Assembly: GCA_028286485.1 (NCBI GenBank)
Contig: JAQBRM010000007.1
Span: 1 to 49,600 of the forward strand
Source: Candidatus Nomurabacteria bacterium
GTDB taxonomy: Bacteria > Patescibacteriota > Minisyncoccia > Phycocordibacterales > UBA9973
DNA: 49,600 nucleotides
Reading direction: 5' to 3'
In this document: positions 8,873 to 17,353 of the stretch, in pieces
How positions within the stretch are numbered: the stretch's first letter is position 1
Layout: each line of letters begins with the position of its first letter
Program-made: the position numbers and the translations under genes
The notes under the pieces: generated by a model
Seen by the model: the letters and a program-made list of their open reading frames with translations, nothing else
What the model was told of the DNA's origin: nothing
Databases searched by the model: none

Positions 8873-9244
8873 GATGATGCAGGGGGCTTCTTGGTGCACC
8901 ATAAACATCCGGCTGGTAGTGTTAGGAATCAATTTACACAGCCACCACTGAACGTCACTTATCTTTTCCGGCATCTTTTCCAAAGAAAATCGCGGGCTTA
9001 CGATTGATATGTGATTCTTCAAAGACGGTGTGGTAGTAAAAAATATTCTGAATTGGTCATGCCACATGTCAAATTTATTGGAATGAGAAATTCTTTCGAT
9101 GGCGGTTATATGAGTGGCGTATTTCCCATTGTCATAATTCACGGTTATTTCAATCGTCTTCCCTATCAACTCTATGGGTTCTGTACACCCAGCCATCCGA
9201 CACATCAGCTCCAATATTTTTTCAATAATTATCCTGTCTTCCAT
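8855..9244 (-). CDS. Hypothetical protein (129 aa), no recognisable family
   Basis: Intact ORF in a visibly AT-rich stretch, with its own terminator. I recognise no motif. Confidence 0.5.
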   Translation of the reverse strand: MEDRIIIEKILELMCRMAGCTEPIELIGKTIEITVNYDNGKYATHITAIERISHSNKFDMWHDQFRIFFTTTPSLKNHISIVSPRFSLEKMPEKISDVQWWLCKLIPNTTSRMFMVHQEAPCIIKIPST

Positions 9245-9334
9245 GTTCGTAGGTTTTTTGTCACGATACTTTTATTCCATAATTTTGTCAATATTAAACA
9301 AAAAAGACTCCTTAAAAAAGGGTCTTTTATTAAT

Positions 9335-9778
9335 TTAGCAGGAAGTTGCGGCCAAATGTAGGTATATTTTTCCGGAATGAGATTGAATGAGGAATGCCAC
9401 TCTTAAAAGATCATTATGGAATAAAATCTCTTGTGTGGGAAGGTACATCCATTCGGTACTTTGAGCCCGCGAGAAATTACCCGCTGCGGCTTCTTGAAGC
9501 ATGCGGCACATGCGGGGTTTTATTACTCCCTTGGCATACAATGCCAGCGCCACGCAAGAACTGCAATCAATACGAAAGAGGTCATTAAACCGCCGTTGCT
9601 CATTCAATAATTCTTTTTCAAAATAATCGTACACTTCATCGATCGTTTTGCCATTGAGCGTTCTGGCGGTCGCTTCGTCATACTGCCATGCCCCGTCGTT
9701 TCCTTTTAGGATTGCCTTATTTTGAAATACAACCCTGTCATCGCTGATGCAATGGCTTGCGCCTTGTATTGTTTCCAT
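9335..9778 (-). CDS. Hypothetical protein (147 aa), no recognisable family
   Basis: Intact ORF in the same AT-rich stretch. It contains a CSSC motif plus two further Cys residues. I recognise no family. Confidence 0.5.
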   Translation of the reverse strand: METIQGASHCISDDRVVFQNKAILKGNDGAWQYDEATARTLNGKTIDEVYDYFEKELLNEQRRFNDLFRIDCSSCVALALYAKGVIKPRMCRMLQEAAAGNFSRAQSTEWMYLPTQEILFHNDLLRVAFLIQSHSGKIYLHLAATSC

Positions 9779-9920
9779 ATGCGTATATTTTAATTTTCCT
9801 TACTCTACTCTATTGGGTTATAAAGTCAATTAAGCGGGTAAAATCAATTTTTGCGGGCCGTGGAAAAGTGGGTTGACGAATCATGGGCGGATACGGTTTA
9901 ATTGAGTAAATCTAACTACC

Positions 9921-10052
9921 ATGAAAAACAACAAGCACCGGGTGAGTACACTCACACTCTGCCTTGACGTTATCACACTGTACCTTCTGCATTGGGGAGT
10001 TTTATCCTATCGGCATGAGCTGGTAAAAATTCCTCTGTATGCGTTTTATTAA
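9921..10052 (+). CDS. Hypothetical 43-aa hydrophobic mini-protein with its own promoter-like element and hairpin
   Basis: My own translation is MKNNKHRVSTLTLCLDVITLYLLHWGVLSYRHELVKIPLYAFY. Upstream, TTGACG (9873-9878) is followed by 18 nt and TTTAAT (9897-9902). A GC-rich hairpin lies 8 nt after the stop. Confidence 0.3.
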   Translation: MKNNKHRVSTLTLCLDVITLYLLHWGVLSYRHELVKIPLYAFY

Positions 10053-10059
10053 TGTATTT

Positions 10060-10087
10060 AAAAAACCGGGTCATCATGACCCGGTTT
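10060..10087. terminator. GC-rich hairpin (possible terminator)
   Basis: ACCGGGTCA (10065-10073) pairs with TGACCCGGT (10077-10085). An A-run lies on the left and only a short T-run on the right, so the better U-tail is on the minus strand. Confidence 0.45.
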
Positions 10088-10199
10088 CATTGCTTATTGA
10101 CTTTCTATAAAAATATGTAATAATATTAAAAGCTATGGTATTTAACACAACGTGAAATACCCCCTAGTTCTTCGACATAGAATATGTAATCATATACAG

Positions 10200-10985
10200 A
10201 TGAATGACCAAATAACACCCATTATCACCGATGTCCTTGAAACGATGGCCCGTTCCCCTGAAACAAAACAATTCGCCGTATTTGATTTCGACAATACCTG
10301 CATCGAGCATGACATTGCCGAAGCATTGCTGTCGTACTTGTGCGCCAATCAATTACTGAAAAATAATGCTTTGCTCGATATTCAATTCGAAAACAAAGAA
10401 GTGTACCATCAAAAGGTACTGGCTCATTATTATGAGCTGTTGGAAAAAGGCGAGATAGAACGTGCGTATCGATTTACCACGCAAATGCTCGCCGGCTTCC
10501 ATGAAAGGGATATCAAGCATTTGGTATCAAAAACCATTGTAGCCGAGGGTACGGAGATCGGCACCGCTACTTTATACGATGTCACGGTCGCGAAAGGGTT
10601 GCGGGTGCGTACGGATGTCATTGCGCTGCTGACTGCCTTACAGACCCGGCACATCAAGATATGGATCGTCAGCGCTTCGCCGGAAGTGGTGGTGAAGGCC
10701 GCCTTGAGTCACTACAATATCCCCGGAAATTGCATCGGTATGCGATTGCAAAACCTCGGCCACGTCTTTAGTGATGTTGTCGTTGAGCCGCTGAGTACCT
10801 TGGAAGGAAAAGTGACGTGTATTCAGCGTTACATTCATCCTGCCCAGCAACCCATCCTCGGCATCGGCGACAGCATGAATGACTTCCCTATGCTCGACTA
10901 TTCACACATAAAAGTGGTAGTGAATCGCCATAACAAACTGGCAGAGGAAGCCGCTCAAAACAACTGGCATTTGATTACCGCCTAA
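10200..10985 (+). CDS. HAD-superfamily hydrolase (phosphoserine-phosphatase-like subfamily)
   Basis: It carries DxDxT motif I (FDFDNTCIEHD), motif II (VSAS) and motif IV (GDSMNDFPML). I chose the ATG at 10200 (MNDQITP), which lies 9 nt downstream of TGTAAT. The track ORF starts at the GTG at 10152. Confidence 0.8.
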   Translation: MNDQITPIITDVLETMARSPETKQFAVFDFDNTCIEHDIAEALLSYLCANQLLKNNALLDIQFENKEVYHQKVLAHYYELLEKGEIERAYRFTTQMLAGFHERDIKHLVSKTIVAEGTEIGTATLYDVTVAKGLRVRTDVIALLTALQTRHIKIWIVSASPEVVVKAALSHYNIPGNCIGMRLQNLGHVFSDVVVEPLSTLEGKVTCIQRYIHPAQQPILGIGDSMNDFPMLDYSHIKVVVNRHNKLAEEAAQNNWHLITA

Positions 10986-10987
10986 AC

Positions 10988-11018
10988 AAAAAGCCCCGTG
11001 CATGCACGGGGCTTTTTT
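10988..11018. terminator. Bidirectional rho-independent terminator
   Basis: A perfect 20-nt palindrome GCCCCGTGCATGCACGGGGC (10993-11012) is flanked by an A-run and a T-run. It sits between convergent genes. Confidence 0.8.
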
Positions 11019-11035
11019 ACTTCATATTGTTTCTA

Positions 11036-11461
11036 TTACTGACCAGTGGGAGCAGCCGGTGCTGCCGGCATTGAACCGGCCGGACGAATTTGAATGGATG
11101 TAGCGGTGATGCTGCCATCAGGATTGGTTGTACCGGTAGCACTAATAGTTGCTCCGGTAGTAATATCATTCACGTTACCTGTAGCACTCTTGGAGATGGT
11201 AGTGGACGGAGAGTAGAGAATAATCCTTGACCCACCGGTCGGAATTGAAACGGCCACACTGGTCGCGTCTTTGGCTACCACTTGCCCAAGCGTAGCGCCA
11301 CCACCCGCGCGAGCACCAAATCCGCCGGCGCGTCCCGTACGACTAGTCAGAGCGGCTTGTTGAGTGCTAGCAGTTTGCTTAGCGCCGTACGCCTTACCAC
11401 CCAAGAAGGCAGCGATAACCAAGACGATGGCAAGGATCCACATTGTTGTTGTATTTTTCAT
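11036..11461 (-). CDS. Small secreted/membrane-anchored protein, possibly DUF5666-like beta domain
   Basis: 141 aa with an N-terminal TM or signal segment (MWILAIVLVIAAFLGG) and a Gly/Arg/Ala low-complexity stretch. An S/T-rich beta-like segment follows (GQVVAKDATSVAVSIP...ITATSIQI). The family assignment is tentative. Confidence 0.5.
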   Translation of the reverse strand: MKNTTTMWILAIVLVIAAFLGGKAYGAKQTASTQQAALTSRTGRAGGFGARAGGGATLGQVVAKDATSVAVSIPTGGSRIILYSPSTTISKSATGNVNDITTGATISATGTTNPDGSITATSIQIRPAGSMPAAPAAPTGQ

Positions 11462-11509
11462 ATGCTAAATATTTATGCAATTACATTTAATAATAAGTAC
11501 GCTGTTACA

Positions 11510-12730
11510 TTATTCAAATCTCAGCGCATCGATCGGATTGAGATTGGCCGCACGTCGTGCCGGATAATAGCCGAACACGATACCGATCAGTGCAGAGACA
11601 CCGAACGCAAGCAACACGGATGACATGCTGACCGTTGATTGAATGATGCCGAGCTTGGTTACCAAAAAGGAAATTCCCCACCCTAGAATAACACCAATAA
11701 TTCCTCCCACCACGGTGAGCATGATCGCTTCAATCAAGAATTGCGTATTGATATCGGATTTTTTCGCTCCAATGGCTTTGCGCAAGCCGATTTCCCGCGT
11801 GCGCTCGGTCACGGTGGTGAGCATCATATTCATGATGCCGATGCCGCCCACCAGCAATGATATTCCTGCCACCGCTCCCAACAAAATAGTGAAGGTACCC
11901 GTCACGGAAGAAGCCGTGGCAATAATATCGGATTGATTGAGTGTGGAAAAGTCGGCTTTGGTAGGGTCACTGATATTGTGACGCGCCAGCAACAGCGTCG
12001 TAATATCATTTTGCACTTGCGTGGTATCGGCGGCGGTGGCGGCCGATACATCTATTTCGCTCAGGTATTGATTGCCAGTCAGGTAGTGTTGCGCAGTTGT
12101 ATAAGGAATATAAATGGAATCATCGGCATTATTGAAGCCGGACCCCCCTTTGGATACCGTCACCCCAATGACCGTATAGATGGCGCCATTGACGCGAATT
12201 TGCTGTCCGACCGGCTCGCTGCCATCGGAGAATAAGTCAGTGACCACTGTCGGACCGATCACTGCCACTTTATTACTCGTAGCCACGTCACTGTCAGCGA
12301 AGAAAGCGCCGTCACTGACTTGTACGTTGCGCACCGTCGTATATGAGGGTGTAGTGCCGGTAATGGTGGTATTGGTATTGGTGCCCGCCGCCACGACTTG
12401 TTCACGTGCAGTAACATCAAATGCAATGCCGGAAATACTACTGACCTGAGATTGCACGGCCTTGCCATCATCGACGGTCAATGTTTGCGCGCTGCCCCGC
12501 CCCTGGGAAGGTCCGCCGAAACTTTTTTGCGCCCCAGGAGTGATAATTACCAAATTCGATCCGATGGATTGAATACTGGATTGGATGGAACTTTGCGCCC
12601 CGTTACCAATGGCTACCATGGCAATGACGGAACTGATGCCGATAATAATACCGAGCATTGTCAAACCGGTGCGGACTTTGTTCGCAGCCAAGGCGCCATA
12701 TGTTTCATGAAGAATGTCTCGTATGGTCAT
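11510..12730 (-). CDS. MacB-type ABC transporter permease (FtsX domain)
   Basis: 406 aa. It has an N-terminal TM segment, a large extracytoplasmic domain and three C-terminal TM segments. The FtsX-like signature is TERTREIGLRKAIGAKKSDI. Confidence 0.9.
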   Translation of the reverse strand: MTIRDILHETYGALAANKVRTGLTMLGIIIGISSVIAMVAIGNGAQSSIQSSIQSIGSNLVIITPGAQKSFGGPSQGRGSAQTLTVDDGKAVQSQVSSISGIAFDVTAREQVVAAGTNTNTTITGTTPSYTTVRNVQVSDGAFFADSDVATSNKVAVIGPTVVTDLFSDGSEPVGQQIRVNGAIYTVIGVTVSKGGSGFNNADDSIYIPYTTAQHYLTGNQYLSEIDVSAATAADTTQVQNDITTLLLARHNISDPTKADFSTLNQSDIIATASSVTGTFTILLGAVAGISLLVGGIGIMNMMLTTVTERTREIGLRKAIGAKKSDINTQFLIEAIMLTVVGGIIGVILGWGISFLVTKLGIIQSTVSMSSVLLAFGVSALIGIVFGYYPARRAANLNPIDALRFE

Positions 12731-13434
12731 ATTATGTTTGCTTTACGCTTATGATGATTTTTCGTGTCACTGACGATGACACCATCACGGATGATGATAA
12801 TGCGGTCGGCATGTTCCGCTACTTCCGGTTCATGGGTGATCAGTATGATAGTACGGCCCAAAGCCTCATTCAATCGTTGAAAGGTGCCGAGTACGATCTC
12901 GCCCGTCCTGCTATCCAAGTTGCCCGTCGGTTCATCTGCCAAGATCATCGTGGGATTGTTCACCAATGCACGGGCAATAGCCACACGTTGGATTTGTCCA
13001 CCGGAGAGTTGGTTCGACTTGTGTGAAAAATATCGCTCATCCAAACCGGCAGCAGCCAATGCGGCGCGTGCATCCTTCTCACGCTTTTCTTCCGGTTCAT
13101 TGGCATAGATCAAGGGAATCATGACATTGCGAAGTGCGGTGGTGCGTGGCAGCAGATTGAACGATTGAAAGACGAAGCCGATCTTGTCGCGACGAATATC
13201 CGCCAGTTCATCATCGGATAATTTGGAAACATCTTTATGGTCCAAGAAATAGGTACCGGCTGTTGGAGTATCGAGGCAACCGAGAATATGCATCAACGTG
13301 GACTTCCCTGACCCCGATGGGCCCATAATGGCAATGAACTCACCATCATTAATGGAAAAACTTACTCCTTTTAATGCCTGAAATGCAACATCGCCTGATT
13401 GATATGTTTTTGTAATGTCAGTGACCTTAATCAT
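12727..13434 (-). CDS. ABC transporter ATP-binding protein (MacB/LolD-like)
   Basis: It shows Walker A (GPSGSGKST), the ABC signature (LSGGQIQR) and Walker B (ILADEPT). It overlaps the permease gene by 4 nt. Confidence 0.95.
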   Translation of the reverse strand: MIKVTDITKTYQSGDVAFQALKGVSFSINDGEFIAIMGPSGSGKSTLMHILGCLDTPTAGTYFLDHKDVSKLSDDELADIRRDKIGFVFQSFNLLPRTTALRNVMIPLIYANEPEEKREKDARAALAAAGLDERYFSHKSNQLSGGQIQRVAIARALVNNPTMILADEPTGNLDSRTGEIVLGTFQRLNEALGRTIILITHEPEVAEHADRIIIIRDGVIVSDTKNHHKRKANII

Positions 13435-13436
13435 AT

Positions 13437-14999
13437 TTATCCGCCTATTCGGCCTGCGGCACGTGTGGCTCCGCCACCACCGCCGAGCAGACTTGGAGCG
13501 GCAGTCGTAGCCTTGGCGGCAGTAGTTCCTGTAGCAGCAATGGTTTTTGTCACGATCTTATCTCCTTCATTCAATCCTGAAGTAATCTCAGTAGCGGTGC
13601 CATCGGTAATGCCGATTTGTACGGAAGTTTGTACGGGAGCAATAGCGAGACTGATACCGGTAGTGGCGGGCGTGTCGGATGGCACAGTAAGAACATAACT
13701 GGAGCCATTGGTAGTTTTCACCGCCGAAGAAGGCACCTCCAACACATCTTGCGCCACGGCAGCTTGAATCGCGGCAGTCACACTCATGCCGGATTTTACA
13801 CGCGGATCTTGCGTATCGAGGCTGATAGTTACGGTATAGTTGACCACCCCAGAAGCAACGGTTCCCACCGGATCAATGTTTGATACGGTACCCGCCAATG
13901 TCAGCCCGCTGATGGCATCAAAACTGAGGGTCGCTTTATCACCACGCTGTACTTTTGAGACATCGACTTCATTCAATGCCAGTGTTACCACTTCTTGAGT
14001 CGTAATAATGGTACCTAAGGTGGTGCTGGCAGAGACCTGATCACCGACATTTACCGGCACCGTGGCAATCGTACCGCTGAACGGCGCGGTGACAGTGTAT
14101 TTGGCCAGTGTTTCTTCGGCACTGGCAAGATTGTTTTGTGCCTGGGTTACTGCGAGCTGCTTGCCCTGTAATGTTACCGCCGCGGAGCCATTTTGGTCTT
14201 CCGCTTGACTTTGATTTTCCAACGCCGTTTGATAGGCATTCTCATTGCTAAGATAACTGGAAGAGTTTTTATTGGGAATAGTGATGGTCCACGTCAGGCC
14301 GCCCTTGACGGGGCTGGCAAAAAGAATATACAGGCCGGAATCCCCGATCGGTTGCGGAGAAGTCGTGCTCGTTAAATTATTACCTGATGTTAATCCTGTC
14401 ACTGCATATGAAATGCCTCCTTCGGAAGAATATGTCGTTACGGTAATAGTACCCTCCATGCCCAACGCGTAGTTGCCGCTAATAGTCGGTGCTTGGTAGC
14501 CCGAGGTAGTGAGATCGGCCGGCTGGGCTTGCAAGCCGGAGCTTAATAGGGTGGTGTACGCCGTTTTTACGGCCTTGGCATTATCGGCGGTGGCATTTAT
14601 GGCTTGAGTTTGGGTGGATCGAAGATCAAGCTGAGCGGCTGTCACGCTTTCGCGAGCGGTTTCAACCGCTCGCGCGGCATCAGTGGCACTGATGCTAAAC
14701 AATGCTTGCCCGCGACTAACGCTATCACCTGCCTTAACACGAACAGAAACAAGCGGCCCTGAAACTTGTGGCTGTAAATTCACGGATTCTGAGGTCGAAA
14801 TCTGCCCGCTGCCGGTAACAGTGGAAACAATAGTGCCTTTTTGCACAGTGCCAATGGCGTAGGTCGGCGCCGGAGTTTTAGCAGTGGCCGCATGAATGAT
14901 AAAATAGCCTGCTATAAGGACACCAAGGCCAACGAGTATGGAAGTAATTTTGTGAGTTTTAACATACAGGGCTGTTTTCTGAAAAAAGGAATTATTCAT
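13437..14999 (-). CDS. HlyD/MacA-like membrane-fusion protein with inserted beta-rich domain
   Basis: 520 aa. It has an N-terminal TM segment and the lipoyl halves VRVKAGDSVSRGQALFS and VTAPFSGTIATV. It also has a coiled coil, beta-barrel and membrane-proximal regions, and a Gly-rich tail. The insert is encoded at about 14235-14552. Confidence 0.85.
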   Translation of the reverse strand: MNNSFFQKTALYVKTHKITSILVGLGVLIAGYFIIHAATAKTPAPTYAIGTVQKGTIVSTVTGSGQISTSESVNLQPQVSGPLVSVRVKAGDSVSRGQALFSISATDAARAVETARESVTAAQLDLRSTQTQAINATADNAKAVKTAYTTLLSSGLQAQPADLTTSGYQAPTISGNYALGMEGTITVTTYSSEGGISYAVTGLTSGNNLTSTTSPQPIGDSGLYILFASPVKGGLTWTITIPNKNSSSYLSNENAYQTALENQSQAEDQNGSAAVTLQGKQLAVTQAQNNLASAEETLAKYTVTAPFSGTIATVPVNVGDQVSASTTLGTIITTQEVVTLALNEVDVSKVQRGDKATLSFDAISGLTLAGTVSNIDPVGTVASGVVNYTVTISLDTQDPRVKSGMSVTAAIQAAVAQDVLEVPSSAVKTTNGSSYVLTVPSDTPATTGISLAIAPVQTSVQIGITDGTATEITSGLNEGDKIVTKTIAATGTTAAKATTAAPSLLGGGGGATRAAGRIGG

Positions 15000-15039
15000 A
15001 TTTTATACTACGTACAATATCGACAATTTGGTGCATACT

Positions 15040-15074
15040 AAAAACCGCCTGAGGTTTAACCTCAGGCGGTTTTT
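15040..15074 (-). terminator. Rho-independent terminator after the nitroreductase gene
   Basis: CCGCCTGAGG (15045-15054) pairs with CCTCAGGCGG (15060-15069). A-runs and T-runs flank it on both sides. Confidence 0.75.
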
Positions 15075-15078
15075 AGTA

Positions 15079-15702
15079 TTAGGTGATAATTTCCACCACC
15101 TCGTCATGAGTACGACGAGCTTTTGGCCGTGGTTCCTCACCGCGATAGCCGAGCGCTACCATGGTGACAGCCGATAGATTTTTCGCTGAGAGACCGAGAA
15201 TTTCATTGACTTGCTCGGTATTAAATCCTTCCATGGCTGCATTGTCGATATTGAGCAGGCTGGCAGTTTCCATCATGATACCGAGCGGGATGTAGGTTTG
15301 GGATTTCAGCCACGCTTTAGCCTGATCGGCCGGCATGCGATTGACCGCACCGCTAGCCATGGTCTTTAACATCTCGAGTTCTGCCACCGGCTTATTCTGC
15401 GCGGCGGCAGTACGAGCAACCAATTCATCAGTCAGATGTTCGGTGTCAGTGCGCTGTGCAATGATGATGAGGTCTGAGGCATCGGTGATTCTCGGCTGGT
15501 CATAACCGACCGCGCGCAGCTTGGCACGCACGTCGGCATTTTTCACCACGATGAATTTCCACGCTTCAAAGCCGAAGGAACTCGGCGCCAAGCGTCCGCT
15601 TTCCAAAACGGCGTTCAAATCCTCATCGCTGACTTTTTTTGTCGTGTCAAAGGCATATGTAGCGTAGCGCCACTGCAATGCCTGTAAAATTTCTTGTTTC
15701 AT
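15079..15702 (-). CDS. NAD(P)H nitroreductase-family flavoprotein
   Basis: 207 aa with nitroreductase-like segments (RYATYAFD, GRLAPSSFGFEAWKFIVV). It is divergent from an HxlR regulator gene. Confidence 0.85.
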   Translation of the reverse strand: MKQEILQALQWRYATYAFDTTKKVSDEDLNAVLESGRLAPSSFGFEAWKFIVVKNADVRAKLRAVGYDQPRITDASDLIIIAQRTDTEHLTDELVARTAAAQNKPVAELEMLKTMASGAVNRMPADQAKAWLKSQTYIPLGIMMETASLLNIDNAAMEGFNTEQVNEILGLSAKNLSAVTMVALGYRGEEPRPKARRTHDEVVEIIT

Positions 15703-15760
15703 AGTATACTTGTGTTTATAATGAATTCTGATAAAGTACTTACATTATTATAGTACTATA
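15703..15760. promoter_or_regulatory. Three AGTACT-type palindromes in the divergent nitroreductase/HxlR intergenic region (candidate operator sites)
   Basis: AGTATACT lies at 15703-15710, AAGTACTT at 15734-15741 and the perfect 12-mer TATAGTACTATA at 15749-15760. Confidence 0.35.
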
Positions 15761-15776
15761 GAAAGTATAGCAAGTT

Positions 15777-16097
15777 ATGAAATCCCGTCAACCTAGTAGC
15801 ACAACCATCCCCTGTAGCGCCGCCCTGAAAGTGATCGGCGATTACTGGACCATCAGCATCGTGCAAGCCATGGGCGTGCACAAGCGTCGTTTTTGCGAAT
15901 TGGAACGCCTGCTCCCCGATAGCAATCCGGTCACGCTCACTTCCCGCTTGAAAAAGATGGAGTCTTTGGGGCTGCTGACTCGCACCAAAAGCCCGAAGGA
16001 TAAAATTTCCGTTATTTACACTTTGACGCGGCAAGGCAAGGCGCTGTTGCCGATTGTTATCCGTATTGAAAAATTCGCGGAAGGGCTGCATGCCTAA
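15777..16097 (+). CDS. HxlR-family transcriptional regulator
   Basis: 106 aa with the HxlR-type signature CSAALKVIGDYWTISIV...RRFCELERLLPDSNPVTLTSRLKKMESLGLL. Confidence 0.85.
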   Translation: MKSRQPSSTTIPCSAALKVIGDYWTISIVQAMGVHKRRFCELERLLPDSNPVTLTSRLKKMESLGLLTRTKSPKDKISVIYTLTRQGKALLPIVIRIEKFAEGLHA

Positions 16098-16107
16098 GCG
16101 CATTTAT

Positions 16108-17352
16108 TTATGCGTGAGTGCCGGCGATAAAGCCCGTAGTCCAACACAGTTGCAGTGAGAAGCCGCCGGAAGGGCGTGTGATATGCAGCAAGTCACCGGT
16201 GATGTAGAGATTACTGAAAAGTTTTGAACGCATGGTTTTCATATCCATTTCCGTCAGCGGAATACCACCGTCGGCCACCACGGCACGATCAAACCCCATC
16301 AGGCCGGTAATAGTCATCGGCAATGCTTTCAATGTATCAGCTAATAATTTGCGCTGCTCTTTCGTTACGCTGTGTACTTTTGTTTCTCGGTCTATGGTTG
16401 GTACTAGTGAGAATACGGCTTCGATCATGCCATGAGGGACGATATCGTCCATGACATTTTTCAGTAATTTATTCTTATTGTTTTCAAATACCGTGAGAAT
16501 TTTTTGCTCCAATGCACCGTGATCCGTATCGGGGTAGGCATCAATAGCGGCAGTCACCGTTCCTTCTTGCAGCAAATCCCCCACCTTGCCGGCCAGATTT
16601 AAAATCAACGGCCCGGACAAGCCGAAGTGCGTGAAGAGCAGCTTGCCGGTTTTGAAAAATTTCTTTTTCCCTTCCGCAAAGAACGTGATTTTCATGAATG
16701 ACAATGAGGTACCGGATAATGACTTCACCCATGATTCCTTCACCGCCAAGGGCACGATGCTGGGGGTTGGCGCAGCCACACTGTGACCAAGCATTTTCAA
16801 CCAGTTGAAGCCATCGCCCGTAGAACCTGTTTCGGCATGTGATACGCCGCCTGTTGCCAAGACGTATGACGTGGCAACGATTGTTTCCTTGCCTGCCTTT
16901 ACTCCATGTATCATGCCGTCTTTGGCAATAATTTCTGATACGGGACTACTGGTCTTCACCGCCACCTTACCGTCTTTCATATATTGCTCTAAGACCTTAA
17001 AAACATCTTCTGATTTTTCAGTATGAGGAAAGGCGCGTTTTCGGGCCTGCACCACTAATGGCAATCCTTTGCCTTCGAAGAAGGTGAAGGTATCCTTATT
17101 GCTGAATTGTGCAAAGGCCGAATATAAAAATTGCTCCGCATCACCGTAGTGTTTCAATAGGGTGCGTATATCTTCCTCGGCATTGGTAATATTACATCGT
17201 CCCCCGCCGCTGATTTTTAATTTCTCGCCCAATGCCTTATTTTTCTCCAACAACAATACTTTTTTGCCCCGCTCGGCCGCACGTCCTGCCGCCATTATTC
17301 CTGCAGGTCCGCCGCCGATCACAATGACATCATATGGCATGGAAGTAGTCAT
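16108..17352 (-). CDS. NAD(P)/FAD-dependent oxidoreductase, HI0933/BaiN-like flavoprotein
   Basis: 414 aa with an N-terminal dinucleotide fold (VIVIGGGPAGIMAAGRAAERG). The GGGRCNITN and GDLLHITRPSGGF motifs are typical of the HI0933 family. Confidence 0.85.
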   Translation of the reverse strand: MTTSMPYDVIVIGGGPAGIMAAGRAAERGKKVLLLEKNKALGEKLKISGGGRCNITNAEEDIRTLLKHYGDAEQFLYSAFAQFSNKDTFTFFEGKGLPLVVQARKRAFPHTEKSEDVFKVLEQYMKDGKVAVKTSSPVSEIIAKDGMIHGVKAGKETIVATSYVLATGGVSHAETGSTGDGFNWLKMLGHSVAAPTPSIVPLAVKESWVKSLSGTSLSFMKITFFAEGKKKFFKTGKLLFTHFGLSGPLILNLAGKVGDLLQEGTVTAAIDAYPDTDHGALEQKILTVFENNKNKLLKNVMDDIVPHGMIEAVFSLVPTIDRETKVHSVTKEQRKLLADTLKALPMTITGLMGFDRAVVADGGIPLTEMDMKTMRSKLFSNLYITGDLLHITRPSGGFSLQLCWTTGFIAGTHA

Positions 17353-17353
17353 A

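Noticed and set aside
10152-10199. GTG-initiated N-terminal extension of the HAD hydrolase
   Set aside because: The extension (MKYPLVLRHRICNHIQ) precedes a -10-like TGTAAT that sits 9 nt from the ATG at 10200. The HAD motif I follows soon after the ATG.
15756-16103. Minus-strand 115-aa ORF overlapping the HxlR gene
   Set aside because: The plus-strand frame has a clear HxlR wHTH signature. The antisense product has no recognisable features.
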